Source: Camelus ferus (lineage: Eukaryota). Taken from it: a stretch of DNA of 64,000 nucleotides. Below the pieces are notes generated by a model. That model did not search any database. It saw nothing but the letters and a program-made list of their open reading frames with translations, and was not told the origin of the DNA. A program made the position numbers and the translations under genes. This document shows, one piece after another, positions 1 to 13,195 of this stretch. The stretch lies in NCBI RefSeq assembly GCF_009834535.1, contig NC_045696.1, positions 102,300,001 through 102,364,000 on the forward strand. The letters run 5' to 3'. Positions within the stretch are counted from its first letter, which is position 1. Every line of letters starts with the position of its first letter.

Positions 1-109
1 ACTTGAAACACTGTGTAAATTAGGAGAAACTAAGTGTGTGTGTGTGTTGGGGAGGAGAAGGCAGGTATCAGAATGCAGTGCTACTATGTGTCATATATTT
101 GACTTTTGT

Positions 110-215
110 TATTGTGCCCATTTTAAAGATAAGGAAATGAAGCCCAGAGAGTTTAATTGACTTCTTCAAAGTCACACAGCCAGTAAGTGGCATAGCCAGG
201 AGATCCTGATCCAAA
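110..215 (-). mobile_element. MIR SINE fragment
   Basis: cccattttaaagataaggaaatgaagcccagagagtttaattgactt..gtcacacagccagtaagtggc is the reverse complement of the MIR core. Confidence 0.8.
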
Positions 216-652
216 GGCCCTTGGTAGCACATCACCCTCTAGTGAGGCACAGGCTGGAAGGCACCTAGATGAAAACTTGATGTGCAAAGATAAGGAAAAT
301 ATGGGTGATCAAACTTCCAACCCATTGAAACTCTAAAGGCTTGGTATGCACCTCCCTACTTACTCTGCTTTTCAGGGGGTTTAATCGAGGTTTCTGAGAG
401 ACTCCTGCCGCTGCCAAGAATCTACACATTTCCTCAAGATTTGGGACAGGGTAGGACAAGATAGAAATACATGAGTAGACAGAATACAGATGAATTGCTT
501 TCTGGAGTGTGTCTGAGAGTCAAACAGGTTTATTCCTTGTGTTGTTTGATATGCCTGCCTCTTGGGGTTTATAGGGTTAAGAGACAGCAACCTTTTATAA
601 TATCAGCAGATCTTGATTAATCTGGCAAATGCTATAAATCAAGGGGCAGTGT

Positions 653-784
653 NNNNNNNNNNNNNNNNNNNNNNNNNNNNNNNNNNNNNNNNNNNNNNNN
701 NNNNNNNNNNNNNNNNNNNNNNNNNNNNNNNNNNNNNNNNNNNNNNNNNNNNNNNNNNNNNNNNNNNNNNNNNNNNNNNNNNNN
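653..784. other. Assembly gap (132 N)
   Basis: Run of n. Confidence 1.
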
Positions 785-1604
785 TAAAGTACTTTTCCGT
801 CAAAGAGATAAGCAGAGTCAAAACACACAATAAAAATTATTCATCACAATATTTTTTAATAAAAGTAAATAAATCTCCATGATACTTATGCTTTATAACC
901 CCCCACAAACAAAAAGACCAAGTGACTATCTCTTTAAAAAAAAAAAAAGGCACAAACTCCAAAAAAAAAAAAACCAAAAAAGAAGCTTTATTGCCCTTAC
1001 ACATTTGAGTAAAGGGAGGAAACCTTTGCAGCCTTTACTGGAACTGTCCAACCTTCCAAAAACTCAACAGCAAACTTATCAAAACTGAATCCTATGATCA
1101 AGTCCAATTAGATTTTCATGTAAAGGAATACTGGCCTAAGGGTTTTATTTAAATTCTCCCCTTCATTGTTAAGTTCAAAGAAAGTTACCATGGCTGTAAC
1201 TTCATACCCAAGGGAGCTGGTTGATGCCGTTGGTCCAGTAACATCATGTTTTGGATTCTGATTTTTTTTCAGCCATAGTCAAAAAGGTGAGAGTGCCTTC
1301 TGTTGGAATAAAATGTGGGCAAGATCAGCCGGCTGGCCTGCATTCTCAGGGAGAAAAAGCCCTTCAAATTCCGACCCTGGTCAGCCTGCTCGTTGTAGTA
1401 ACAGCTTTCTGTGTAAAGTTCTTCAAACCCTGGACCCAATCTGTTTCCCCTTCTGTATGAATTATGGATGGGACTGTAATGAAGTAGCCCTGCAGAAATT
1501 AATATTTCAGTTCTTATCCTTCCTTTATGTGATAAATCTACCCTCTGCCTATTAGTGAGACTTGTCCAAGTCACGTAACAGGGATGGTCAGCAATCACTT
1601 AGCT

Positions 1605-1700
1605 GTAGACTCTCCACGGTCCAGGATCATATCTTGTTCCCACCACATCCCCAGGACTCAGAGGGTTTGGCACATAGTAGGTCCTCAGTGCCATAGTGAT
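1605..1700 (+). mobile_element. L2 3' end fragment
   Basis: gtagactctcc..tcttgttcccaccacatcccc..ggcacatagtagg. Confidence 0.6.
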
Positions 1701-1709
1701 CTTACATGA

Positions 1710-2400
1710 ATCAATTTATTCATATGCTCAACAAATATTTATATACAAAGCACTATTCTGGTCACTTAAAAGAAATCAGCTAACAACAACGACAACAAAA
1801 AGACAAAAATGCCTTCCCTCAGGGAGCTTTCATTCTGGCAAGAGGGAATAAACCATAAGCAATATGCATAACAAATATGTAAATTTTATAATATATTAGT
1901 AGTGAATGAGAGATAATAGAAGAAAATAGAACAGGGTAAGGGAGAGTGGAGGGCTGAATGTAGGGGATGGCTTTGGGTGGCAATGTGAATTAGGGTGGTC
2001 CAAGTAAACCTGATGAGAAGGTCTCTTTTGAGCAAAGACTTGAAAGAAGGCAAGGAGGGGGAGCATTTTAGCAGAGGGACCTGCTTATGCAGACTTGTAG
2101 GTGAGAGTGCCTGACACTCTAGGGGAACATCAATGGACCAGTAGGGGCGAAGGGTTAGAGAGGAGGAGAATAGTAGGAGGTGAAGTTGGAGAGGGGAAGG
2201 AAGGTCATACAGGGCCTTATAGCCTATTGCAAGGACTTTGCCTTTTACTTTGGAAAAATGAGGCTTCGCTGGAGGATTTTGCAAAGAACAGGGATTTGAT
2301 CTGACTGGTGTTTTAAAGAGACCTCTTGTCTGCTGTCCTGAGAATACACTGTAGGGAGGCAAAGGTGGAGGCTGGGAGTCAAGTTAGGAGGCAACTGGAA
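1710..2400 (-). mobile_element. L2 (L2a-like) 3' region
   Basis: tcaacaaatattt..gggagctttcattct..tttgagcaaagacttgaa..ggagaatagtaggaggtgaagtt..ggatttgatctgactggtgtttta. Confidence 0.8.
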
Positions 2401-3679
2401 GCATCTGAGCAAATCAACAGATAAGAGGTGGTTTTCTGTGTTGTGGTGCTGGTACGACAAGGCTTGAGTGTGGAGCAGGGCGTGCAACCAGGTCAGGGGA
2501 GGACTTCTCAGGGGAGGACTGTGATGTTCCATTTGGAGGAAAGGGATTTAGAGACTGTGGCAGGAGGTGAGATGGGAAAGGTTTTGTGGCATCAGATTGC
2601 CTTGAATCCCTGGATTGTTTCTTGTTATGAAACCATGAAAATACCCAACTATGTAACTTACACAAATAGGGTTGTATTGGCCTCACCCTTAAGAAATCTG
2701 AGGATCAGTCCAGAGCTTGTACAGAAAATTGGTGATGACAATAGTGACTCAGGCTCTTTCTGCCATCCTTGTCATGATCATAAAAGGCTGCCACAGATCC
2801 ATGTTCTCGGAAGGAGAAAGGGGTAGGGAGAGCACGTGTAACACATGAATCTGTCACCTCCTTTATTTAACCTGGAAAGCAGATCTCCTAGAAGCCCCAT
2901 CCAACAGCTTCTGCTTACGTATTTTTGGCCCAGTGGGGTCACATGACCATCCCTACCTGGAAGGTGGCTGGACAGAGGGGCTGGTGGACCAAGTGTTGCC
3001 ACGACCAACAGTGCTGCCACAAGCTCTCAGTGCAGCTGATCTAAGTGAGAGGATGCTTTCCCAGAAGGCCACAAGCAGCTGCATGGCCTCCCCACCTCTT
3101 CAGAGGGTTTGGGTTCAGAGGAAGCAGAGTTGCCTGGGAGCACCCAGTCCCCACCTTGGCTGTCATTGCCCTGCCCCCCCCCCCACGGGGCCCCAGGTGG
3201 GCCAGGCAGGGCTGCCGGGTCCCGCCTTTCCTGCGTATCTGTAAGCATCACTGACTCAGCTGTGGGCTGGGCCCCTGGGCTGCCTTTGGGACCTGTCTCT
3301 CTGTGGAGAAGAGGGTTGGATGAATGGACATAACAGTCAGAATTTCTCAAAGACTGCAGGGCTTATTTTTCTTTTGTCAGAGGAGGTTTCTGTCCTGTCA
3401 GCCTAAGTAACGGAGCAGTAAGGCACACGTGTGAGGGACCCGCGGCTGTGCAGGACTGAGTCACGTTGTGAGTCTGCAGAACTTGATTTCAGTGGCTGCC
3501 ACCAGGCTCTTCCCCACCCCAGCCTGCTGCTCATCTCTCTTCACCCTCTTTCCAAATCTTTTCTCCTACAGGCTCTGACAAAGTCACTAACCCTGAAGTG
3601 TAAATGACTCATAAGACTGAAATGTCCCCTCCCCTAGGTGTGTCCTCATTTAAATAGCTGCCAAGCCCCTCTGGCTTAG

Positions 3680-3800
3680 GCCTAAATGTGGCATGAATAG
3701 GGCATCAGAGCATCTGGGTTCTATTTCTAGCTCTGCCACTCTGCCCAGTGAATCAGTATGTCTCATGGGCTTCAGCTGCCTCATCTGTAAAACAACAGAT
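3680..3800 (+). mobile_element. MIR fragment
   Basis: ctgggttctatttctagctctgccact..cctcatctgtaaaa. Confidence 0.65.
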
Positions 3801-4049
3801 TTAGAGGAGATGCCCTCTATGGCCAGAAAAGCCAATTAATGAACACAGGACATTGTGACTCTGGCCTTGACTTCGTCCTACACCCTCTCTGACTACCAGG
3901 ACCCCACACACTCTGCCTCTCCCTCTGCAGGGGTGATCTCCAGCCAGGTGTGCACCCCCTTCCTCCCAGATTTCTGCCCGATTCCCTCTAAAAGTGAGTA
4001 TCTGGGTGTGAACAGCCATGGAGAGGAACTGCCTCTTGGTGTCGTCTGA

Positions 4050-4160
4050 TAGACCATCAACTTGTCAAGGGCAGGGCCATGTCTGGGTCACTGTGGTACC
4101 TCTGGCATCCAGCACATTGCTGGCACGCAACAGGCACTCCATAAGTGTTTGTAAAGATGA
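4050..4160 (+). mobile_element. L2 3' end fragment
   Basis: agggcagggccatgtctgggtcactgtgg..ctggcacgcaacaggcactccataagtgtttg. Confidence 0.65.
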
Positions 4161-5429
4161 ACTGTCCTAACCATGGTTAGAAGGACAGCAGGGAGAGGCC
4201 TCTTTCTCCACTCCTCTTCTTGCAAACAGACTCAGTGGGGGTCTGCCTTTACCTGCCTTCTCCTCTCCTCTCTTCCTAATGCAAGGCAACGCCTGCTTTA
4301 CACACAGTCTTGCTAGGGAGTCCCAAGTTGGCACCTCACCCCAAATGTCATCCAAACATCCTCACAGCCTACCTAGCTGCCTGAGACACCACAGGAGTCA
4401 GTTCCCTAGTTTAAAGATATTACTGCTTTGAATGTCTGATTAATAATAACAATAAATCCCTGTAGCACCTTTTCAAGTCTTCCAAGTGTTCTCATTTATT
4501 CCTACTCTCTTGGGAGAGGTAGTGTCTCAAGCTGATACCAAGCTGTGACTTCAAAGAGATGAGCTGACAGCCAGCTAAGAGACCCTAGAGGGAAAGAGCC
4601 TTAGGAGACAGGCCTGAGAGAAACATCAGCATTAAGTGCCAGTAGCTGGGCAGGGAACAAGGATAAAAGATGAAATATCAGAAGCCAAGACACATTTCAC
4701 CAACGTCGCACCAGTTCCTGGTGCCAATGAAGCACGAAGTCCTGGGCTCAGGTGCAGTAACTATGTCAGGCCCTAAATTCTCTGAAACCACCATTTTCTA
4801 CCCACTTCTGACCCCACCTCATCCCCTTTATCATAGACATCATTTGTCCTTGTTCAACTACTTGACTTTGTATTGTAAGTTGCCTCAACTCCCATTTTGT
4901 AAAAAAATAGGGTACAGACAAGAAGTACCTGACTTGATAATTATTAGAGACCATTTACTCCACACAGGATGCCCTGATGCAAGAATTGTTTTAAATACCT
5001 AAAAAGTAGCCTAAATTTCTAAATAATAATAATAATTATTAGTATTAGTATTGTTATTGTTATTATTTTAATTTCATGAAAATGTGGTGGTTTCTTTTCT
5101 TAGAGTCTGGGACCACATAAGGAGGCCTGGGTGACTCCAGTAACCTGTGTGCCTGAATGTGTCACACAAGTGTAGGTTTTGCCATTATTTCTGTGGATAT
5201 TTTCTGGGCATTTAACCTACTTCATGCTTCAGCCTGAAGTGCTCAGTAATCAAATGGAACCTTCCCCAGGACTTGTCCGTGTTGGTTGTCAACCAGGATA
5301 TGAAGAAGTTGCTTCTCAAACCTCTTTTACTTCATGTTTATGGATTTTAAAACAAACAAACAAAAACCCGTACATTGGTTCTACTTTGCTTACCCAGTCA
5401 TCGTGTTCTGTTCTGAAGATACTAGTAGA

Positions 5430-5690
5430 TGGTCTTGGCTGTAAGCATGGGCTCTGGGGCCAGCTACCTGGGTGTGAATCCCAGCTCTGCCACCTGCAAG
5501 TTCTGTGGGCTTGGCCTCATTACTCAGCCTCTCGGCCCCTCCCTTTGCTCTTTCATAAACAGGGGATTATAGTAGCAACTACCTCAGAGGGTCGTTGTGA
5601 GGGTTAAATGAGTGAAATTGTGGACAGCATAACCAATCCTTAAAACAGTGCTTGGCATATAATAAGCACCCAGTAAGTGTTAGCCCTTCT
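5430..5690 (+). mobile_element. MIR, near full length
   Basis: gggctctggggccagctacctgggtgtgaatcccagctctgccac..ttgtgagggttaaatgag..aacagtgcttggcatataataagcac. Confidence 0.9.
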
Positions 5691-6247
5691 AATTATGAAC
5701 AGTCTTCTACCATTCCACTTAATTTCCATTTCTAGTGCCGTTTTCCAACATGGCATTGCTTATTATCTAAATTATTATCTTCCATCAAATAGGTTGTCCA
5801 CCTAAGAGTAATCATAAAATTTCTAGTTGACCTTGACCTTGATGGGTAGCTTCTTATTTGTTCTACGTGTGTATGTGTGTTTGGAAAATATTAAGAATAT
5901 AAGTCTACGTTGAGAGACAAGAATTTATTTAGGAATGATGAAGAGTGAAAAGGTTGGGGGAGGGGCAAGAAAATTGCTGCTATGTTTCCCTGAAATGAAG
6001 AATCAGTGAACCCCGAGCTGGATGTTTTAAGAAAGGAAACTGATAGGTTTCCACAAGATGCTTCTTATAAACTCAGATCAGCTTGAAAATTTCCAGTGGC
6101 TTAATTGTGAGGGGCCAAAATGGTTCCACACTAGTGACTGAATATAAAAGGGTTGATTAAAATACTTCTTTAGGAGTTCATATCCTTGAAAGTAAAGTCT
6201 CAGCTATGACCTGAGCCAGTAATAGCCAGTAAACAGCTAATTACATT

Positions 6248-6411
6248 NNNNNNNNNNNNNNNNNNNNNNNNNNNNNNNNNNNNNNNNNNNNNNNNNNNNN
6301 NNNNNNNNNNNNNNNNNNNNNNNNNNNNNNNNNNNNNNNNNNNNNNNNNNNNNNNNNNNNNNNNNNNNNNNNNNNNNNNNNNNNNNNNNNNNNNNNNNNN
6401 NNNNNNNNNNN
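6248..6411. other. Assembly gap (164 N)
   Basis: Run of n. Confidence 1.
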
Positions 6412-7479
6412 TGTTCTCCTTTCTTCCTTCAAAGAGCTGACACCATTATGTCACTGATATAAATGGAATCTCGAAGGTACATCAAAAATTCTCTGCCTTT
6501 TGAGAGGAAAAAAAAAAAAGCCAGTGTGGCTCTTTGATTTGAAGCAGGGGTATATTCCAACTGGGCATCCCGGGGTCAATGTTCAGCCCAGTTGAAGGTT
6601 TTCACTCTTTTCTGTAGGATAGGGTGGAGCCCATTTGCTTATGTTAGCAATGGTCATTGTGAACTTCTAAAATGCTTTAAAGTAACATTTTAAAAGACTG
6701 CCAAATGAGAGAGCAAAGAGGCTTTGTCAGAGCCCATCTGCTCTCATGTCAACCAAAGCTAACTGAAAAAGAACTCAGCGTTTTTAAACCTGAATTTCAT
6801 TAGTAGAGATGGACCCCCAAAATATGTATTGAAAGATAACTAGAAAAATATTAGCCTTACTCCCCACCCTCAGACTCATCATATTGCATTTTTCCAGCTC
6901 GATATTAAGTATCCAAAGGGCAGAAAAGGAATAATTTCAAAGAATCAACATCAAACTGCTATCTGCATTTCCTTTCCAATCAGAACATTGTTTTAATGTC
7001 AGTGTTTTAATTTCCATTTTTAATTGAATTAGCCACTCTTGGTAGTGGATACACTTTAATCCTTTAAAATAGACCTTGCATGTATATTTTTAAAATCGGG
7101 TAAGAAACATCTTGTCAATGTAATAATCACTTTTTCTTCATACTAATGCTTACATTATTCCTAACACAGTATTTTGACCTGATAGGATGATTATATATAG
7201 TTTAAAAAAAATCTAATCCCCTTTGGGCCCCACATCAAAAAGTGTATATCCAAAGATGATAAACATATCAGTGTTATTTTAAACTTTCTCAGTCTATGAA
7301 ATCTACAGCCATCTGCCTGAATAATAGGATTGACCATATAGCAAATGTTTGCTAGCTAATCCTATTTCTAGCTGTACAAGTCAGTCGGGGTGCACCAGAT
7401 CTCTCCCCCTGGCATATGCCCTGAGGGGAAATGGATCACAGAGAATCATGTCACTGCTTACTGTGTAATAAAAACAACC

Positions 7480-7700
7480 AGTGACATTAAGCACTGATTA
7501 TAGATCTCACGATATTAAGTACTTTATGGTTGCCAATCACAAATCCACAAGGAACCTATGTTGGTGCTTTTATTATCCCCATTTTACAGACCAAGAAAAT
7601 AAGTCCTAGATAACTTAGCCCCAGGTTCCCACAGCTAGTAAGTGGCAAAGCCGGAATTCAAATCCAGAGCCTAAATAGTGTTTTTAACCACTTTACTAGA
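7480..7700 (-). mobile_element. MIR
   Basis: ttattatccccattttacaga..cacagctagtaagtggcaaagccggaattcaaatccag. Confidence 0.85.
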
Positions 7701-7744
7701 ACCCCTGCCTGCACCATCTGTGTTTCTTTTTTTATCGTTGTCTC

Positions 7745-9200
7745 TGTTTTGAGATTTTTATTGCTGGGGGAGAAAACTTTTTATCTTGAAAAAAATCCAG
7801 TTTAAAAATAGTTGCAAATACAACACAAAGACCTTTTTTCCTGAACCATTTAAGAGTAAGTCGTTCACCTGATACATCTTTACTTTGAAATACATTAGCA
7901 TGTAATTCCGGTAAACCAGATAGATATTCTGCTACACAACCAAAGCACAACCACCAGGATCAGGAATTTTACATTTAAAACATTGCTTCCATCCATTCCT
8001 CATACCCCATTCACATTTTACCCGTTCATCCACTCATGGCTGTTAAAGCAAAAGACTGCAATTCAAAGTCATGTATTGCATTTATTTGTCTGATTTCATT
8101 GGTCTCATTTAATCTGGAATAGTTATCTCAATCTTTTAACCTTTATGACCTTGATACCTTTGAAGATTACTGGCCACATCTTTTGTAGAGATCTTTCCTT
8201 TGGGAATATCTGCTATTTCCTCATGACTAGATTCAGTTTTTGCATCTTTAGCAGGGATATCACAGAAATGATGCTGAAGTCTCTTCACTGTGTGCTATCA
8301 GGAGACACAGAATTTGGACTTGTCACATTGCTCATAATCTTCACTCTGATCATTTAATTAAGATGATGTCAACCTGGTTTCTCCACTGTAAAGTTACTCT
8401 TTTTACCCCCCATAATTAATAAGTACTTTGTGGGGAGGTATTTTGAAGCTATGTAAATATTCCAGTTCATATCAACTTTCAAGAAATTCATTTATTTGCC
8501 AATATCAGCATAGGCTTTTCTATTTATTCAATGGATTATAATGTATTACTACTGTGATTTATTTTGTTGTTCCAGTTGTCCTCACTTTGCCTATTGGGAG
8601 CCCCTTCAACCTGTCTGCTTTGTCTTTTTGAATTTTCCCAGCATTTTTGGAGCACTGCCTTGCTAACTGGCACAATAACATCTTCCAGGCTTATCTTGTA
8701 CCTTCCCTGTTCCAGCTCTGGCACCAACCATTTCTCCAAGGACTCCTGGTTTCTTCAGAATGGTATTTGGAAATCAAGATGTGTTGCTAGGTATGCTCAT
8801 TGCTGCTGCAAAGCTGGCCCTCTAGGTGGAAAGAATTAGGAGCTGAGTGTGTGTGTGAAGAGAGATTAACATTTAGGTTCATTTCTATATCTGCACATGG
8901 AAACATACACCTTTATATATGAGTGCACACCAGTACCTTCAATTCTAGTCTAACACCATTCTAGTTTTACCCTGTCTTTTTAAATAATCTTTTTAAAATT
9001 TTATTATTATTATTTAATCTTTGGGGGGAGGGAGGTAATTAGGTTTACTCATTTTTTTAATGGAAGTACTAGGGATTGAACCCAGGACCTCATGCATGCT
9101 GAACACATACTCTACCACTGAGCTATACCTTCCCCCTATTTTTCCCTTCCATATTTGTTACTCCCTTCTCTGAGAGTGAGAAACCTAACAGCCTGTGCTC
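7745..9200 (-). mobile_element. Ancient L1 3' UTR (L1MC/L1ME-type), interrupted by a SINE
   Basis: cctgaaccatttaagagtaag..tttaatctggaatagt..ctccactgtaaagttact..ttgggagccccttcaa..catttctccaaggactcctggtt. Resumes after the SINE with catatttgttactcccttctctgagagtgagaaacct. Confidence 0.8.
8985..9135 (-). mobile_element. Camelid tRNA-derived SINE (vic-1 type)
   Basis: Reverse complement ggggaaggtatagctcagtggtagagtatgtgttcagcatgcatgaggtcctgggttcaatccctagtac (A and B boxes), then aaacctaattacctccc and an AT-rich tail. Confidence 0.85.
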
Positions 9201-9254
9201 TTAACCATTCTACTATATTGTCTGCCCCACTGGGGCTCAAGGGAGAGGAAGAAA

Positions 9255-9612
9255 ACTAGACTGAAAATTGGGATTGAGTCTTGGACCTTCTCTTCAATAG
9301 CTGTATGATCTTGAACAAATCACTTAACTGCTCTGATTTGCCATTCTTCATCTGTAAAATAACTATGACCATAATACCTGTTTCAGGAAGCCACAAGGGG
9401 GTCAGAGCAAAGGGCCTGGGGCCAGACTGCCTCTGATACTCACTGGCTGTGTGAACTTGAAAAAATGACTCTTCTTCTCTGAGGCTTGTTTCTTCATCTT
9501 TAAAATGTAAATAATGCTACCACCAAGCTCCCAAGTGGTTGTAATATTTAAATATATGCAAAACTGCTTGGCATAGGGCCTGGTAGATAGAAACAATTAA
9601 TAAACAATTATT
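9255..9612 (+). mobile_element. Two adjacent MIR fragments (~9255-9390 and ~9405-9612)
   Basis: gctgtatgatcttgaacaaatcacttaac..ttcatctgtaaaat; gctgtgtgaacttg..ttcttcatctttaaaatg. Confidence 0.75.
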
Positions 9613-9656
9613 CCCTCACCTTTCTCTTCACCACAATGTTAAGTAATAAAAATTAA

Positions 9657-9667
9657 TGATGATGATG

Positions 9668-9718
<51 letters not shown>
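9657..9718. repeat. (GAT)n(AAT)n microsatellite
   Basis: Directly visible. Confidence 0.95.
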
Positions 9719-9719
<1 letters not shown>

Positions 9720-9959
9720 AACTATGATTATACCTATATAAACAGTAAAAGAAAATCCAACACAAGTTAAAATGATCATGTAATTCTTAAGTATGGTTCA
9801 CTTAGATGACCTTGTATAAATAACAATTGAGTGTAGTAAGTGGTGTTTTCACCCTCTCTGAATATTCCCAAGGTGCGATAGAACAAGGAGGAAGAGATGA
9901 CTGCTCCAGCAATAAAGGATGTATTTAAAACAATTTTTACCATAGCAGTTTAACTCTGT

Positions 9960-10150
9960 GTAATAATAGATAATCATTGCCTGGGATGATTGACTGTATC
10001 TTATACCAAGAACTTTACAAACTTATTGCTAATCTTTACAACATCCCTGCAAGGAAGGTACATTTCATAGATGAGAAAACTGTAGTTTGGAAAACTTAAA
10101 TGTCTTCCCCAAGGCTGCATAGCCAAGAAATGACTGGGACCAGATTGGAT
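9960..10150 (-). mobile_element. MIR fragment
   Basis: aatctttacaacatccctgcaagg..atagatgagaaaactg..cccaaggctgcatagc. Confidence 0.7.
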
Positions 10151-10619
10151 CCAATGTGCAAGGGGCCCCAGACCTACCTTCTGTTCAGCCCACTGTCACA
10201 TTACTTGTCATGAGAAACATGCCTGGGATGTGACCCTGTCCAGTTGATTTGTGGAACTCTGACCATGCTCCATTTGGTCAAAGTGACAAATTAAAATTGC
10301 CAACAATGAGCTCAGAACATCACCTCAAGTTCTCAGCACTCCCCATTCCCCATGTTGGGGAAATTCAAGGGCACAATGACTAGAGTTCTTGGCATCTTAT
10401 TGCCAGAGTATTTCTCTAACACAACCAGAAGTGTTGGTATCTGCTCAGGGACTAAAAAGGCTCCCACTGAGAATGAAATAAATTCAGCATCATCGACCTG
10501 TTCTTTTTCTTTCTGTAGCTTGTTTTTCATAAGGTCTTGTGTCTCTGCAGGTTTACCTGTGTCCTTTGTTGTACTTCCCCTGTCCATTTGATCCCCAGCT
10601 AGACTGAGTTCAGGGGATG

Positions 10620-10830
10620 CAAGGAGAGTGTATACAGCATGGAATCCAAGCAAGGCTGCCTGGGTTGAATCCTGGCTCTGATAGTTACTAATGCTGTGTG
10701 ACCTCATGCAAGTTACTAAAGCTCCCTGTGCCCTACCTGTAAACTGGGATTGTTGTGAAAAATGAGTGAGTTCATATACGTAAGGTGCTTAGAACAGTGC
10801 CTGGCACATAGGAAGGGCTATATAAGTATG
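10620..10830 (+). mobile_element. MIR
   Basis: ctgcctgggttgaatcctggctctg..gctgtgtgacctcatgcaagttact..gcttagaacagtgcctggcacatagg. Confidence 0.9.
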
Positions 10831-11349
10831 AGTCCCATTGTCATCTTGTGCCCTTGTTGCTTGGGCAGAGATTAAAACCCTGATAGGGTAATAAAAAGAA
10901 AATGTAGTACCTAAAGCCACATAAACTAAGAAAATGAGTTCTTTGTCCAAAGCATTCCACAAATTAAATTACCATAAACTAGTAATTTACACATGTAGTC
11001 TCAGGGGAAAGGGACAAGGAAATGAAAATGAAGTTGCACAAGGTGAGAAGACTCTAATATATTTCCCTTCATCATTAACATCATGTGTTATGAAAAAAAA
11101 TTGGCACACTTGCTGTGTATAAAAGCAGATTTTAGTGCACAGTGGACACGCACCCCTGCAAATGAGGACGATCGATCAGAAAGCAGCTCCGCGCCTTCTG
11201 CCTCCAGCACCTCAGGCTGCTGGATGTTGGAAGAAATGCACACAATCAAGCCTCTGTTTTCACTTTAAATTCATGATCTCAAGATTCAAATTGGCACTCA
11301 ATATTGCTCAGCAAGCTCGCTAGGTTTCTCTAGAAAATTCATTTTCCCC

Positions 11350-11570
11350 CTCTCTTAGGCATCTAATTCATTCCTTCTCCATCCCTTGCAAGCCTCGCAC
11401 AGCCCCTCCTCCACACTCCCCATCAGCTGATGACCTTGCTTCATGCTTTACTGAGGAAACATAAACCAGCAGGCTCACACCCCCTCACCCTCCACTACCA
11501 AACCCGCCACTGCAACTTCACTTGCTCCTGTCTTCTCCTCCCGATACAGTCAAGAGCATTTCCTCTAGAA
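11350..11570 (+). mobile_element. L2 ORF2 fragment
   Basis: catcagctgatgaccttgcttcatgctttactgaggaaa. Confidence 0.6.
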
Positions 11571-11659
11571 GCAGGTGCCTAGGCCTGAGCTGCCCATGCT
11601 TCGGCTCCAAGAACTGCCGTGGGTCCATGCTAATGAACTCAAGGGAGAGGAGCAGCACA

Positions 11660-11885
11660 GGTAATAAGAGCCAAAGCTGAGTATTTACCACATGCCAAGA
11701 TTTTTTACATATATTAACTCTCTTGATTCTCCACAATAAGCCTACAACGTGGATGGTATTATTATCCCCACGTTACAGATGAGAAAACAAAGGCACAGAG
11801 AGGTTAAGCAACCTGCCCTAGGTCACAACACCAGTAAGTGATGAACCCAGGCATCTGGCTCCAGAGACTGAGTTCTTACACCGGT
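11660..11885 (-). mobile_element. MIR
   Basis: attattatccccacgttacagatgagaaaacaaaggcacagagaggttaagcaacctgccctaggtcaca. Confidence 0.9.
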
Positions 11886-12246
11886 ACAGCCTCACCATGA
11901 CGTGTGGGTAGCAGTTGTGAGAAGAAGAGGTAATAAATCATGAATTCTTATGTCAACCTTTTGGTGCTCAGAGCAGACCCTCCTGTTGGGTATGCTTCCT
12001 TCTTGGGGGTATTGAGTAGGAATTAACCAGATAGAATGTTATGGGGACCACAAGAAATGCATGTAATGAAATTGCTTGCCCTGGAGGGTAAGACTGCAGA
12101 ACCCTGATGCTCCTTCCTCTGAGGGTCTCCCATTGTCCCAGCCTCTGTGACCATCACATAAAGCAAAGATGTGCTTTCATCAAAGTTAGAGTCCCTCTGG
12201 ACCTTGGAGGCTACCCTTGCACAGGTTGATGAGAGTCCTTGAGGAG

Positions 12247-13195
12247 TGTCTCAGTCCGCTCAGTCTGCCATAACAAAATACCCAGAAACTGAGTTGCCTA
12301 AACAATAGAAATGTATTTCTCACAGTTCTGGAGACTGAGAAGTTCAAGATCAAGGTCCCAGCAGATTCAGTTCCTAGTGAGGGCCCTCTCCCTGCCTTGC
12401 AGATGGCCATCTTCTATGTCCTCACGGAGCCTTTCTTCAGTGTGTGCAGTGGGAGAGAGATCTTTCTCTCTCTTCCTCTTCTTTTGGTTGACAGCTGCTA
12501 CGTTGTTTACCATAATACTTATGTGTTCCAAACTACGTATCCAAATTATCAAATAATATAGGACTTCTTAAATTATAATAAATCCACAAAACGGACCACT
12601 GTGCTGTGATTAAAAACAAGATGGTTGATTAGAAACATTAAAAACAAAGTATTCATGATTATATCTTTCAGTGAAAAAAGGCAGTTTCTAAGACAGTATG
12701 TGCCATCTATTCAATTTGAAGGATAGATGTATTTGGAAGATATTCACAAAAATATGAATAGAGGTTAAGACCACCATGTTGCATGACTCGTGTTGTTTTC
12801 TGTGTGAATGGCAGCCCCAGAGCTGTGCAATGCAGGAGTCCTAAGTGGTTCTTTCTGGGTTGTAGGGTCACAGATGCGTTCTGTGCATCCTGTATTGCTT
12901 ATTTTATTCCCCTTTTTTTTTTCAGAACACATTGTCACTGAACCAGGTCTGTTTTGTCTAACAGGCAGCAAGCCTACACCCTGAGATTCAGAGCGTTCGC
13001 AGTTAAGAGAGTGTTTATTCACAAGGCACCAAACAGCTTTTCCTCTTCCTATAACGCCACTAATCCTGTGGGATTAGGGCCTCACCCATACATCCTTATT
13101 TAAACTTAATCACCTCCTGAAAGCTTTATCTCCAAATACATTGGGAGTTGGGATTCAACATATGAATTTGAGGGGACACAGTTCATTGCATAACA
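12247..13195 (-). mobile_element. MaLR solo LTR (MLT1A/B-like) split by a ~560 bp secondary insert (12482-13039)
   Basis: Left half tgtctcagtcc..ataacaaaatac..ctcacagttctggagactgagaagttcaagatcaagg. Right half ggattagggcctcaccc..cttaatcacctcctgaaag..aacatatgaatttgaggggacaca..taaca. Perfect 5 bp TSD aggag at 12242-12246 and 13196-13200. Confidence 0.9.

Noticed and set aside
2428-2826. 132 aa ORF (also 1886-2362, 5179-5607, 33123-33670, 37563-38033, 45107-45550)
   Set aside because: These are chance ORFs, mostly over L2, MIR, LTR or microsatellite sequence, with no recognisable domains or splice context.
6556-6597. Short inverted repeats (also 40674-40704, 43095-43117, 55281-55327, 57265-57288) as miRNA or MITE hairpins
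   Set aside because: Stems are only 8-11 bp and do not extend. This is compatible with chance.
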